The notes beneath the pieces were generated by a model. The model made no database searches, was not told the origin of the DNA, and saw only the letters and a program-made list of their open reading frames with translations. 64,000 nt of DNA, taken from positions 124,001 to 188,000 of the IMG/VR virus record IMGVR_UViG_3300046516_001816; one strand, 5' to 3'. The translations under genes were made by a program, and so were the position numbers. Positions 34,973 through 45,585 of this stretch are shown here, in pieces; the first letter of the stretch is position 1; each line of letters begins with the position of its first letter.

Positions 34973-35512
34973 ATGAGCACGAAAACACAAGCGCAGGCAT
35001 TGAACGATGACGTTTCTGCGCTCGCCAATCAAATCTCCGGTATGGCCACGGGCTTGGGTGGCGTAGCGGCTGCTGACCTTGATGCCAAAGCGCAAGCCTC
35101 CGCAGCCGCTGCCAGTGCAAGCGCCGCTGCGGCGAGCGCGACCACAGCCAGTACCCAAGCCACCAATGCTTCCAACTCGGCCACCGCTGCCGCTGGCTCA
35201 GCTACCAGTGCCAGCTCCTCCGCTTCCAGTGCGACGCTGAGCGCCTCCGCGGCTTCCACGTCTGCCACCAACGCGGGTAATTCTGCCACCGCTGCTGCCG
35301 GTTCAGCGACCTCGGCTTCCGGCAGTGCCAGTACCGCTTCCACGCAAGCTGGCAATGCGGCGACGAGCGCTACAGCGGCGAGTAACTCCGCGAGTGCTGC
35401 CGCGGCTTCCGCCGCTGCTGCCTCGACTACGGCGAACTCCATTCCCCATATGACCATTTCGTCAGCGGCACCGTCCGGTGGCAACAGTGGTGATCTCTGG
35501 TATCAAATCTAA
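34973..35512 (+). CDS. Short fibre shaft ending in a tip-docking motif
   Basis: Heptad shaft; C-terminal ISSAAPSGGNSGDLWYQI. Confidence 0.8.
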   Translation: MSTKTQAQALNDDVSALANQISGMATGLGGVAAADLDAKAQASAAAASASAAAASATTASTQATNASNSATAAAGSATSASSSASSATLSASAASTSATNAGNSATAAAGSATSASGSASTASTQAGNAATSATAASNSASAAAASAAAASTTANSIPHMTISSAAPSGGNSGDLWYQI

Positions 35513-35514
35513 TC

Positions 35515-36195
35515 ATGGCCGCGTTCAGCAACCAAGGCGGGACCTGGAAAGAAGTCAAAGCGATCAGCGCGAACAACGGGGGAGTCTGGACGCCGGTGAA
35601 GAAAGCGTTTGTCAATAACGGCGGGACCTGGCAACAGTTTTATGGCAACCACACGTTCACGCTCTACTCACTGGGCTTGAATCAGAATCTGTTACCTGCC
35701 GGCAATCGCGGACTGTGGGTGGATGGCGCGCACACGTTCACCTCGTCGCGCTCGTACAGCCTGATCCAGTTTGATAAGTACGGCAATGTCTTGTCGAATG
35801 TCGTCTACGACGTTTTTTCCGATAGCGGTAACGCGAATACGGTCAATGGCGACGCGATGGCGGCGGCACTCAATGCAATGCCCTCGGGTCGACTCTTTGC
35901 GATTTGCACGTATGACGAACCTCAGACGAGTCGTCTGGAAAGTAATCTCTTGACCGCCATGCAGAATGTCGGGGCGACCAGTGCGCTGTATGGGTCAGGC
36001 AATAGTAACTTCGGGTATCGCTCAGCGTATCTCCTGCTCGGGCAAGTCGGGCGCGCGGCCTATGTGGAAAAGCAGCGCGGTGTTACGATCACCCAAGCAG
36101 ATAGCTCCCAAGGCGATTACAACGCAGCGTTAGAATTCACCTTCGGGATCACGGACAATGCCTTTGTGAACATTACAGAGGTGGTTGGTAATTAA
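35515..36195 (+). CDS. Fibre-tip adhesin with GGxW repeats and an ILEI/PANDER (GG) domain
   Basis: GGTWKEV...GGVWTPV...GGTWQQF; YDVF....AMAAALNAMP.G...ICTYDEP...LL.AM..VGA....YRSAYLLLG. Confidence 0.75.
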   Translation: MAAFSNQGGTWKEVKAISANNGGVWTPVKKAFVNNGGTWQQFYGNHTFTLYSLGLNQNLLPAGNRGLWVDGAHTFTSSRSYSLIQFDKYGNVLSNVVYDVFSDSGNANTVNGDAMAAALNAMPSGRLFAICTYDEPQTSRLESNLLTAMQNVGATSALYGSGNSNFGYRSAYLLLGQVGRAAYVEKQRGVTITQADSSQGDYNAALEFTFGITDNAFVNITEVVGN

Positions 36196-36206
36196 TAGGA
36201 CTCATC

Positions 36207-36971
36207 ATGTCAGCGGGATCTCCCCAACAACAACTGGCCACTAGCGTCACGACTCTGGCAAATGAGATCGCCAGCTTGGCGGGCGGCTTTTCGGCGATCG
36301 CGCTGGATGATCAGGATGCCACTGCCCAAGCCACGGCGGCGGCCGCGTCCGCAACCAGTGCGAGTACCAGTGCGACGACAGCGACGACTCAAGCAGGCAA
36401 TGCAGCCACCAGTGCGAGCAGCGCGAGTACTTATGCCTCGAATGCTGCCGGTTCGGCCACCGCTGCGGGCAACAGCGCAACCGCAGCCGCGAATTCAGCG
36501 ACTACGGCGTCTAACAGTGCGAGTGCTGCATCCACGTCAGCGTCAACCGCGTCGACTGCGGCCAGCAATGCGTCGACTGCCGCGACCAATGCGCAAGCTG
36601 CGTTAAACCGCATGAATGCCGCCGCGGTCGCCCCCGTGGTCGCCGCAGGTGCACACGGGTATTCGGTACCCTCGGGTGGCAACTACACGGTCAGTGCGTC
36701 CTTTACCGCACCGGCCAACGGCTGGGTAGTGGGCTACGGGCACGTCAACCTGTCCAGCCAGTCGACGTCGAGTCTGACGTTCAACCTGTATATCAACGGC
36801 AACAATATGTCGGGGGACGCAACCCTCCTGACCCAGCAGCATATGGGCGTGTTGTATGTGTCAGCTGGCACCGTCGTGACGATTCAGCTGACCTGCAATA
36901 ACACGGGTGGTGCAGCGGGTCCGGCGATGACACCGTATGTCGGTGGCTTCTTTGTACCGGCTTCGTTGTAA
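36207..36971 (+). CDS. Short fibre with C-terminal beta-sandwich (paralog pair with 36981)
   Basis: Heptad shaft; ASFTAPANGWV...LYINGNN..GD.T...QHMG.LYV.AGT.V.I. Confidence 0.8.
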   Translation: MSAGSPQQQLATSVTTLANEIASLAGGFSAIALDDQDATAQATAAAASATSASTSATTATTQAGNAATSASSASTYASNAAGSATAAGNSATAAANSATTASNSASAASTSASTASTAASNASTAATNAQAALNRMNAAAVAPVVAAGAHGYSVPSGGNYTVSASFTAPANGWVVGYGHVNLSSQSTSSLTFNLYINGNNMSGDATLLTQQHMGVLYVSAGTVVTIQLTCNNTGGAAGPAMTPYVGGFFVPASL

Positions 36972-36980
36972 GGAGGCCGT

Positions 36981-37715
36981 ATGAATGAACTCGATCGGAT
37001 GAATCAGGCATTGACCAATCTGGTCACCGCCTTTAACAGTAAGACCTCGGGCAGTCAAACACCGAACGCCGCCTTGGCAGCGGCCCGAGCGTCTGCGCAA
37101 GCCGCTTCAGCCAGTGCAGCGACCGCTTCCACCCAGGCGGGGAATGCGACCAACAGTGCGCAAGCCGCGTCGACCTCGAAGACCAACGCGAGTAATTCTG
37201 CTACGGCCGCCGCCACCTCCGCGACGAATGCCGCGAATAGTGCAACGGCCGCCGCTGGCAGTGTCACCGCCGCGGGCAACAGTGCGAGTGCCGCCGCGAC
37301 CAGTGCCACCAATGCAGGCAATTCGAACACGGCTGCTCAAGGCTATAACAACCGCGTGCAGACATTGCAGCAAGTGTCGCCAGTCGCCACGGGTGGACCG
37401 ACCACCACCGGTGCAGCGAGTACGACGTGGAACTGTAATGCCTCGTTCACCGCACCCTGCAATGGCTGGGTCTTTGCCATTGGTTCGTTTAACCTGTATC
37501 AGCCGCCTGCTTCCGGTTATCAATGTAACCTGTTTATCAACGGCAACAACGTGGGCAGTGACACGACGGCTCAGAGTCAGAAGCATATGGGTTCGATCTA
37601 TGTGGCAGCGGGTACGGCGGTATCGATTACGATGCAGGCCGTGTCTCAATCGACTGCACCTGGACAAGGCGGAACGTTGCATGTGCTTGCGTTCTTTATT
37701 CCGGCCACCGCTTAA
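36981..37715 (+). CDS. Short fibre with C-terminal beta-sandwich (paralog of 36207)
   Basis: SD AAGGAGG; ASFTAPCNGWV...LFINGNN.G.DT...KHMG.IYVAAGT.V.I. Confidence 0.8.
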   Translation: MNELDRMNQALTNLVTAFNSKTSGSQTPNAALAAARASAQAASASAATASTQAGNATNSAQAASTSKTNASNSATAAATSATNAANSATAAAGSVTAAGNSASAAATSATNAGNSNTAAQGYNNRVQTLQQVSPVATGGPTTTGAASTTWNCNASFTAPCNGWVFAIGSFNLYQPPASGYQCNLFINGNNVGSDTTAQSQKHMGSIYVAAGTAVSITMQAVSQSTAPGQGGTLHVLAFFIPATA

Positions 37716-37724
37716 GAGACTATT

Positions 37725-38891
37725 ATGGATGCAGCAAGTCAACTGAACAAAAATATCTCCGACCTGGCCAACGAGATCTCGAGCATGGCGCCGGGCCTGA
37801 GAAGCACCGCCTCGTCCGATCTCGCAGCCAGTGCTTCAGCCACCGCAGCGGCGACCAGTGAAACCAATGCTGCGGCGTCGGCCTCAGCTGCTGCGGCGTC
37901 CGCCACTAATGCGGGTAACAGCGCAACGAGTGCCAGTAACTATGCGGGCACCGCCACGACAGCAGCCACGCAAGCCCAGTCGTATGCGAGCGGCGCGTAT
38001 ACCTCCGAAACCAATGCCGGTAATTCGGCGACTGCGGCTGCCGGCTCGGCAACGGCCGCTGCCACCAGCGCAGGCAATGCCGCGACGAGTGCCAGCCAAG
38101 CCTTGACCAATGCCAGCAGTGCCGCAACGGCTGCGAGTACCGCCAGTCTGGCTGCCACCAATGCAGCGACCGCTGCCCAGACCGCAATCGCTGCGATGTC
38201 GACCTTGCGTCGGGGCTTTCGTTGGTTTCCGAATGGCAACGCGGGGAGTGGTCAGTCAGACGGTGTGCTGTATGCGACCGGTACATGTACGTATCACGGC
38301 ATTGCCACCGGCGGGACGGACTTCCAATCGAATAGTGAATACCATTCGTTTGTCTCCAACACCGGGACCTACAACACCGGAGGGATGCAATCCAATGAAC
38401 CGGCGGTGCGGATGGCTTCGGGGAATTTCGGCGGCTTTATCTACGAGTCGATCTTCAACTTCGCGTTTGTACCAGGCACGTGCGGACGCTTTGGCGTGAC
38501 CACTAATGGGACAGACGGCTACAGTAACTTCGGTGGCACCCGCACCGGCGTAGTCGTGGGTTGGAATGACGATGCGCTGGGGAGTTCACCCTTCCAACTG
38601 ATGTCAGCCGATGGCACCAATGACACGATTACTGCGGCGACCGTCGGTACGTTAGCTGATGCCGGTACCTATGCCTTGCGCATTGAATCGCGTTCGACCG
38701 GCTGTCTGGTGACGTTGAAGAATCTGGATACGGGCGTGGTGATCTTCAATAAGCAACCCGTGACGACCACGTTGCCTCCTAATACTGAAGCACTCTATGG
38801 TGCAGCCTTGGTCGGTACGTTGGCCACCACGGGCAACGTCTCGATGAATCTCTTTGCAATGTCGACCGTCCCTTTGCCGATTCTCTATTGA
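37725..38891 (+). CDS. Fibre with heptad shaft and C-terminal ConA/lectin-like beta domain
   Basis: N-terminal ISDLANEISSMA shared with 34973/36207; Gly/Thr/aromatic beta-rich C-terminal ~220 aa. Confidence 0.8.
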   Translation: MDAASQLNKNISDLANEISSMAPGLRSTASSDLAASASATAAATSETNAAASASAAAASATNAGNSATSASNYAGTATTAATQAQSYASGAYTSETNAGNSATAAAGSATAAATSAGNAATSASQALTNASSAATAASTASLAATNAATAAQTAIAAMSTLRRGFRWFPNGNAGSGQSDGVLYATGTCTYHGIATGGTDFQSNSEYHSFVSNTGTYNTGGMQSNEPAVRMASGNFGGFIYESIFNFAFVPGTCGRFGVTTNGTDGYSNFGGTRTGVVVGWNDDALGSSPFQLMSADGTNDTITAATVGTLADAGTYALRIESRSTGCLVTLKNLDTGVVIFNKQPVTTTLPPNTEALYGAALVGTLATTGNVSMNLFAMSTVPLPILY

Positions 38892-38899
38892 GTATAGAG

Positions 38900-38927
38900 G
38901 GAGAGCTTCGGCTCTCCTTTTATGCCG
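38900..38927 (+). terminator. Hairpin (cUUCGg) + TTTTATGCCG element
   Basis: GGAGAGC-TTCG-GCTCTCC-TTTTATGCCG. Confidence 0.8.
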
Positions 38928-38946
38928 TCGGTTTTTCTTGAAATGC

Positions 38947-38950
38947 TATG
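38947..38950 (+). promoter_or_regulatory. Putative late promoter TATG
   Basis: 36 nt before ATG 38986. Confidence 0.4.
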
Positions 38951-38985
38951 TATTCAGTCTCTAAGCAGTCTCTAAGGGTGTCGAT

Positions 38986-41900
38986 ATGAGCGACTTGTCA
39001 AAGAAGTTAGAGGACGAACTGAGCTTGCTGCTGGACTCGATTTCGGGTCTGACAGGCGCAATTGAAACGGTCAGTACCGGCACGACCGGCGAGACGCTTC
39101 AGCAACTCGTGGACACTGCGACCACGCAAGCCAATGACTCCGCCACCAGTGCTGCGCAAGCGGCGACGATTCAACTTGAAATCCAGAACAGTATTCTGGC
39201 CGCGCAAACGGCTGACCTGAATGCCGCGACGGGTGCAGCGAATGCAGCGATCGCCGCTAGTAACTCGTTGACCTATTCGCAAAACGCGGGTAACAGTGCG
39301 ACAGCCGCTGCTGGTAGTGCCACAGCGGCTGCCACGAGTGCCACCTCGGCGGCGTCGGCAGCGACGTCGGCCAACAACGCCGCGAACAATGCCATTGCGT
39401 TGGCTTCGTCGTGGGCGAGTGTCTGGTTGGGTCAACACACGGCCGATCCGACGCTGGATAACAGCGGTGGGGCCTTGATCAGTGGTGCGATGTACATGAA
39501 CACCACGACCACGCCTCCGCACCTGCGGATCTATTTGAATGGTGCGTGGCAAGATCAGGATGCTGATGCGATTGCTGCAACGCAGGCAGCCCAAGCTTCC
39601 GCAACGCAAGCCTCGATGAGTGCATCGACTGCTAGCACGCAAGCCACGAACGCAGCTGCCTCAGCCACGGCTGCGGCCAATAGCGCAACTGCTGCGGCTA
39701 CCAGCGAGACCAATGCGGCGGCTTCCGCAACGTCCGCTGCCAGCAGTGCGAGTAACATTGCAGGTCAGATTGCAGCAGCCACCACCCAAGCTGGTAACGC
39801 CAGCGGAAGTGCCACGAACGCAGCCACAAGCGCCAGTGCGGCTGCTGCCAGTGCGACGGCAGCGGCCGGTTCGGCCAGCGATGCAGCCACAAGCGCTACC
39901 GGTGCAGGCACGCAGGCCAGTGCAGCAGCGTCCTCAGCAACGGCTTCGAGTAATTCAGCGAATGCTGCGAATACATCGGCTTCGAGCGCAGCCGGGTCGG
40001 CTACTGATGCTGCAACATCTGCCACGAACGCCAGCAATAGCGCAACCGCCGCGGCTTCGTCGGCAAGTGATGCTTCGTCCAGTGCGGGAATTGCCACTAC
40101 GAAGGCAGGGGTAGCGACGACGCAAGCGGGCAACGCTTCGACTTCTGCTAGCAATGCTGCGACGTCTGCTTCTGCGGCAGCGGGTTCAGCCACGGCCGCA
40201 GGGACATCCGCTACCAACGCAGCTAATTCCGCGAGCGCAGCGGCCGCGAGTGCTTCGGATGCGGATACTCAAGCTGCGACGGCAGCGACCCAAGCAACCA
40301 ATGCCGGTACGTCCGCCACCGCGGCCGCAGGCAGCGCAACCGCTGCGGCTACGTCAGCGACGAATGCAGGTAACTCGGCGACAGCAGCGGCTGCTTCTCA
40401 GAGCGCTGCCCACACGAGTGAACTGAATGCAGCGACGTCGGCCACCACGGCAGGAACGCAAGCGACCAATGCTTCGGGAAGTGCTACCGCAGCAGCAGCG
40501 TCTGCTACGGCTGCTGCTACCAGCGAAACGAATGCGGGTAATAGCGCGAGCGCAGCAGCAGGTTCGGCGACAGCGGCCGCAGGGTCCGCCAGTGCAGCAA
40601 GTACGTCAGCTGGCAATGCGGCGGCGTCTGCCACCACAGCAACGAACGCAGCGAATGCAGCCACGGCGTTGTATCACTCATGGGGTCAGATGTGGTTGGG
40701 TGAATTCACGACCAACCCGACGCAGGACAATCAAGGCGGTGCACTGGTTAGTGGTGCGCAGTATTTGAATACGTCCACCACGCCTCCTCAGGTGATGATC
40801 TACCTGAATGGCGCATGGGGTCCGTTGGATGCGGATGCGCAAGCGGCTACGCAAGCGGCACAGACCTCGGCTTCACAAGCTGCTGCGAGTGCGACGACTG
40901 CAAGTAATCAGGCGAGCACCGCGACGACGCAAGCGGGTAATGCGAGCACATCTGCGACGAATGCAGCCAACTCCGCCACCGCCGCAGCGGGCAGTGCGTC
41001 AGCTGCGTCGACGTCGGCGGGCAATGCAAGTAGTAGTGCTACAGCCGCCGCGGGTAGTGCGACTGCGGCCAGCGGTTCGGCCACGACGGCTTCAACCCAA
41101 GCTACAAACGCCGGTAACTCGGCTACTGCTGCTGCGGGTTCTGCAACCGCCGCGAGTACGTCCGCCACCAATGCTAGCACCAGTGCGACTACCGCACAGA
41201 ACTGGGCCTCCCAGGGTAGTGGGACGGTGGATGGAACGAGTTATTCAGCGAAGTACTACGCTAACCAGGCGGGTATCAGCGCAACGAATGCAGCGAGCTC
41301 GGCCTCGGCCGCAGCCACCTCTGAAACTAATGCAGCGGCTTCGGCCACAACTGCCTCCAATCAAGCAACCACGGCAACCACTCAAGCCGGCAATGCCAGT
41401 AGTTCGGCCTCTGCTGCGAGTACGAGTGCGACCAATGCGGCAAGTTCCGCTACGGCCGCGTCCGGGTCTGCAACAACTGCGAGTACCCAAGCCACGAATG
41501 CGTCTAACAGCGCAACGCTGGCTCAGAATTGGGCTTCTCAACCGTCCGGTGTGGTCGGCGGCACGAGTAGTTATTCTGCGGTGTACTATGCCAATCAAGC
41601 CAGCGCTTCAGCCACGGCTGCATCGACCAGTGCGTCGAATGCTTCGGGCTCTGCTAGTGCGGCAGCGTCCTCAGCGACCGCGGCCAGCAATAGCGCAAGC
41701 GCGGCAGCAACCAACCAAACCAACTCAGCCAATAGCGCCACGAGTGCGTCAGGGAGTGCCGGCTCGGCTGCGACCAGTGCAACGAACGCGAGTAACTCCG
41801 CCACCGCTGCCTCGACGTCTGCGACGAACGCCAGTACCTCCGCGACCAATGCGGCGAACTCCGCCACGGCCGCCGCGACCTCGGCGACCAATGCTTCAAA

Positions 41901-44900
41901 CAGTGCCACGGCAGCCCAGACTGCGGCCACCACGGCGCAGAATGTCCAGATCGGTTTGAATACGATCACGACACTCAGCAAGACCGGTGGTACGTATTCA
42001 CTCACGACAGCCGAATACAACAACGGCATCATCATTGTCAATGGGACGCTCACCAGTCCCCTGATTCTGGTGGTCCCGGCGACCTCGCATCCGTTCATTC
42101 TGGACAATGCCACGACGGGTGCCTACTCGCTGACGGTGAAGATGACGGGTGGTTCGGCGCAAGTCACGGTCGCTCAGGGCAACTCGAACCAGTTGTTCTG
42201 TGATGGTAGCACGGGCGTGTATTCTGTCTCGTCCGTGTCCGGTCTGCAATTCAACGCAGTCAAGGCCATCAGCAGCGCAACCAATGCGCTGACGAACCTG
42301 TACCAGGGTGCGTACACGCCGATGAGCAACGGCGGTGGCACGACCTATGCTGTCACCTTGCCGCAAGGCTCGACGATGGGTGTAGGCGGGGCGGTGTTCC
42401 TCGATGCGATCTCGGGCAAATGGAGTGTGGCTCCGTACAGTGGCGACACGGCGGACTTCGGTGCTTCGTTTGCGATGGGTCCGGTCGACAAAGCCATGTT
42501 TACGTGGAATGGCTCGAGCTGGCGTACGACGTTGTATTCCAACCAGGCCTCCCCGGTATTCAGTCAGTCGCTGACGGTACCGGTTGCGTATATCACCGGT
42601 CGTGCGGTGATAGGTGGGGTGACGGACGACGGCACGACAGCAGTGCAAGCTACGTCGGGACGCTTTACGTCGAGCCTGACGGTCCCGACGATGACGGCTG
42701 GGGACAACAGCCTGAACGCTGCGAACACGGCCTATGTGGTCACGGCGATCAACAACCTGATTGGCGGAGCACCGTCGGCCCTGAACACGCTGAAGGAACT
42801 GGCGGACGCAATCAATGATGACGCGAGCTATGCCGCGAGTATCACAACGCAGCTGGGCACGAAAGCCTCCCTGTCGGGCGCAAACTTCACGGGTGCGGTG
42901 ACGGCTACGGCACTGACCTCGACCACAGGGGTGGTGAATGCTTACGGCTACAGCGGCAGCAATAGCAAGGGCGTGATCTATTTCACCCAGGACGGCACGC
43001 GTTACCTGTACTACGATGGTTCGCAATACAATCTGCCGGGGGCTTCGCTCCTGATCAACGGCAGTGCGGCATGGACGGCGGCGACGTTTAATCCGGCGAA
43101 CTATGCAGCGCTGGCAGGTGCAGCGGCCTTTGGCGGAGCAGTCACCGGCACAGCGGCGACCTATGCGCTCAGAGCCACCAACGGAGCAGGCACAGGCCAG
43201 ACCACCATCGGCCTGAATGCCGTGGGTGCCGCAACCGATGCGAAGAACTGGGAAGTGATCATGGGCTCGGACCAGTCCTTCGGGATTCGGACGATCAATG
43301 ATGCTTACTCGGCGTCTAACTACGCGTTGCAGGTGTATCGCTCAGGCTATGCGATTACCACCATGCGCATCATGGGCAGTGGCGGTCGGACGTTGATCGG
43401 CACGGGTACACAGGTGTCGGATGACGGCGCCACCAACGTACAGGTGGGTGCAGGTCTGCGGGTGCAGCGTACGAGCTCCAGCGGGCAGGCGATCAGTTTG
43501 ATGCCGGCCCCGTTGAATACGGTCTCGGGCAGCAATCTGTCGGATAACTATATCACGTCGTACTCGGCCACGGGTAATGCCAAGTCGCTGGTGTTGAATG
43601 CGACCACGGATACGGCGGACACTGCATCGACAGCGGGTAACGTGTCGCTGATGCTTCAGGTCATGAGCACCACGGCGCTGGCGGTAACAAGCACGCGCAA
43701 CGTGATCATTGGATCGAGCACGGACGACGGCAGTGGCAATATCTTGCAGGTGCGGGGTGGACTGGGCATCATTGGGAACGGTAAGGGCATCACGTTCCCG
43801 GACGGTACGGTGCAGAACACGGCTTATTGCGTGACGGCCCCGACGGTGATGTCGTATACGCCAGCTAACGGGGTAAGTACGTTTAGCTGTCAGCCGTACG
43901 GTGTTGGTTTGGTGCAGGTGTTCGAAAACGGTGCGCTCATTACCGAGTACACCGCTACCACGGGCAACAGCATTACTCTTAACACCGCCGCCAATGGTCG
44001 CACGCAGTACACGGTGGTGAGTGGGGTGTTGTTCCAGGCCTCCAACGTGTTGCAGCCAGCTGTGTCAGTCGTCAATCCGACGGTGGGTACGACCACGCTG
44101 ACCTTGCCGGTGAGCACCCCAGTGGGCTATCTCTGGATCTTCCAGGGTGGGGCATGGCTGGTGCCGGGTCAGGACTTTACGTTCAATGGTGGTACGTCGG
44201 TGACCTTGACCGCTGCCACGACTCAGTCGTCGGATTCGTTCACGCTGGTAATGTTGCAGCCGGTGTCGTTTGCCAATACGGCGACGCAGTCCAACGTGCA
44301 AGCCGCACAGCTCACCTTTGCGGCGGACACAGGGGTCGCGAACGCTTATGCGGTCGCCTACATTCCGGCGGTGAGTACGCCGACCAACGGCATGCAGTTG
44401 TCGTTCTTTGCGAATGTGGCTAACACGGGCGCCTCGACACTGACCTGTAATGGCGGGACGGCTTATCCGATCTACGGCAATGGTCATGCAGCCTTGACAG
44501 GTGGCGAAATTGTTGCCAACGGTTTCGTGGAAGTGACCTTCAGTTCGGTGCTGGGTGGCTGGATCTTGATGGAGTGTACAGGGGGCTCGCAGCAGATCGC
44601 GAAGAACCTCAACTTCGCCGGCACGGGTAATCGCATTACGGGGGATTTGAGTAATGCAACGGTCGCGAACCGCCTGCTGGTCCAGTCCTCGACGGTAAAC
44701 GGCAACAGTGTGTTGGGGATTGTGCCTAATGGGACCTCGACGACTTCCGCCATAAACGTCTACGGCGGCTCGGATCTGGTGAACTACTCGCTGGGTCAGA
44801 TGGCAAATTACGGTACCGACCTTCGTTTTCAAGCCGTACAGGCTGGTACAGGTAGCTACCTACCGCTGACGTTTTACACGAGCGGCGCGGAACGCATGCG

Positions 44901-45579
44901 CGTCACACCGGCGGGTCTCGTAGGCATCAATGCTACGGGTCCCAGTATCGCCGGCACCCGACTGATGGTGAAAGCCACTGCTGCCGAATGGCCAGCGGAA
45001 ATTGCCAACACCAACACCAACGGCGTAGCAGGCGGGCTGTTGCTGATGCAGGTGTTTCAGACGAACTCGCAGTATGTGCAGTTCTTCTACGGCGCGGGTA
45101 CCATCGTGGGTTCTATTACCACCAATGGTTCGTCGACGGCGTATGGTACAACGTCGGACTATCGCCTGAAGGAAAACGTCAAGCCGTTGCAAGGTGCGCT
45201 CCAACGCGTCATGCAAGCCAAGCCCATTCGGTATAACTTTAAGACTGATGAGACCAAGACGCAAGTCGATGGTTTCCTCGCTCACGAGTTGGCGGAAGTC
45301 ATTCCGGAAGCCGTAGTGGGTGAGAAGGACAAGGTGACGTACCGGCCGGTACTGCGTGAAGGCCATGATCCGAAGGACATTCATCCCCACGACGTGTTGG
45401 ATCTGGAAGAGCACGTCGAGGCTCAGATCGTAGATCATTCGAAGATGGTGCCGTTGTTGACCGCCGCCTTGCAAGAGGCGAATGTTGAGATCGAGCAGCT
45501 CAAGAAGGATCGGGACATTCTGCGCAAGCAGATGGATGAGATGATGCAGCAGATGAAACTGCTGATGCAAAAGCACTAA
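38986..45579 (+). CDS. Long tail fibre (2197 aa): coiled-coil shaft, 2 knob domains, collar motifs, C-terminal peptidase S74 intramolecular chaperone
   Basis: Heptads to ~aa 985; APSALNTLKELADAIN.D..YA collar; DTGVANAY module; TSDYRLKENV...GFLAHEL..VIPEAV (S74). Confidence 0.92.
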   Translation: MSDLSKKLEDELSLLLDSISGLTGAIETVSTGTTGETLQQLVDTATTQANDSATSAAQAATIQLEIQNSILAAQTADLNAATGAANAAIAASNSLTYSQNAGNSATAAAGSATAAATSATSAASAATSANNAANNAIALASSWASVWLGQHTADPTLDNSGGALISGAMYMNTTTTPPHLRIYLNGAWQDQDADAIAATQAAQASATQASMSASTASTQATNAAASATAAANSATAAATSETNAAASATSAASSASNIAGQIAAATTQAGNASGSATNAATSASAAAASATAAAGSASDAATSATGAGTQASAAASSATASSNSANAANTSASSAAGSATDAATSATNASNSATAAASSASDASSSAGIATTKAGVATTQAGNASTSASNAATSASAAAGSATAAGTSATNAANSASAAAASASDADTQAATAATQATNAGTSATAAAGSATAAATSATNAGNSATAAAASQSAAHTSELNAATSATTAGTQATNASGSATAAAASATAAATSETNAGNSASAAAGSATAAAGSASAASTSAGNAAASATTATNAANAATALYHSWGQMWLGEFTTNPTQDNQGGALVSGAQYLNTSTTPPQVMIYLNGAWGPLDADAQAATQAAQTSASQAAASATTASNQASTATTQAGNASTSATNAANSATAAAGSASAASTSAGNASSSATAAAGSATAASGSATTASTQATNAGNSATAAAGSATAASTSATNASTSATTAQNWASQGSGTVDGTSYSAKYYANQAGISATNAASSASAAATSETNAAASATTASNQATTATTQAGNASSSASAASTSATNAASSATAASGSATTASTQATNASNSATLAQNWASQPSGVVGGTSSYSAVYYANQASASATAASTSASNASGSASAAASSATAASNSASAAATNQTNSANSATSASGSAGSAATSATNASNSATAASTSATNASTSATNAANSATAAATSATNASNSATAAQTAATTAQNVQIGLNTITTLSKTGGTYSLTTAEYNNGIIIVNGTLTSPLILVVPATSHPFILDNATTGAYSLTVKMTGGSAQVTVAQGNSNQLFCDGSTGVYSVSSVSGLQFNAVKAISSATNALTNLYQGAYTPMSNGGGTTYAVTLPQGSTMGVGGAVFLDAISGKWSVAPYSGDTADFGASFAMGPVDKAMFTWNGSSWRTTLYSNQASPVFSQSLTVPVAYITGRAVIGGVTDDGTTAVQATSGRFTSSLTVPTMTAGDNSLNAANTAYVVTAINNLIGGAPSALNTLKELADAINDDASYAASITTQLGTKASLSGANFTGAVTATALTSTTGVVNAYGYSGSNSKGVIYFTQDGTRYLYYDGSQYNLPGASLLINGSAAWTAATFNPANYAALAGAAAFGGAVTGTAATYALRATNGAGTGQTTIGLNAVGAATDAKNWEVIMGSDQSFGIRTINDAYSASNYALQVYRSGYAITTMRIMGSGGRTLIGTGTQVSDDGATNVQVGAGLRVQRTSSSGQAISLMPAPLNTVSGSNLSDNYITSYSATGNAKSLVLNATTDTADTASTAGNVSLMLQVMSTTALAVTSTRNVIIGSSTDDGSGNILQVRGGLGIIGNGKGITFPDGTVQNTAYCVTAPTVMSYTPANGVSTFSCQPYGVGLVQVFENGALITEYTATTGNSITLNTAANGRTQYTVVSGVLFQASNVLQPAVSVVNPTVGTTTLTLPVSTPVGYLWIFQGGAWLVPGQDFTFNGGTSVTLTAATTQSSDSFTLVMLQPVSFANTATQSNVQAAQLTFAADTGVANAYAVAYIPAVSTPTNGMQLSFFANVANTGASTLTCNGGTAYPIYGNGHAALTGGEIVANGFVEVTFSSVLGGWILMECTGGSQQIAKNLNFAGTGNRITGDLSNATVANRLLVQSSTVNGNSVLGIVPNGTSTTSAINVYGGSDLVNYSLGQMANYGTDLRFQAVQAGTGSYLPLTFYTSGAERMRVTPAGLVGINATGPSIAGTRLMVKATAAEWPAEIANTNTNGVAGGLLLMQVFQTNSQYVQFFYGAGTIVGSITTNGSSTAYGTTSDYRLKENVKPLQGALQRVMQAKPIRYNFKTDETKTQVDGFLAHELAEVIPEAVVGEKDKVTYRPVLREGHDPKDIHPHDVLDLEEHVEAQIVDHSKMVPLLTAALQEANVEIEQLKKDRDILRKQMDEMMQQMKLLMQKH

Positions 45580-45585
45580 GCTTAC

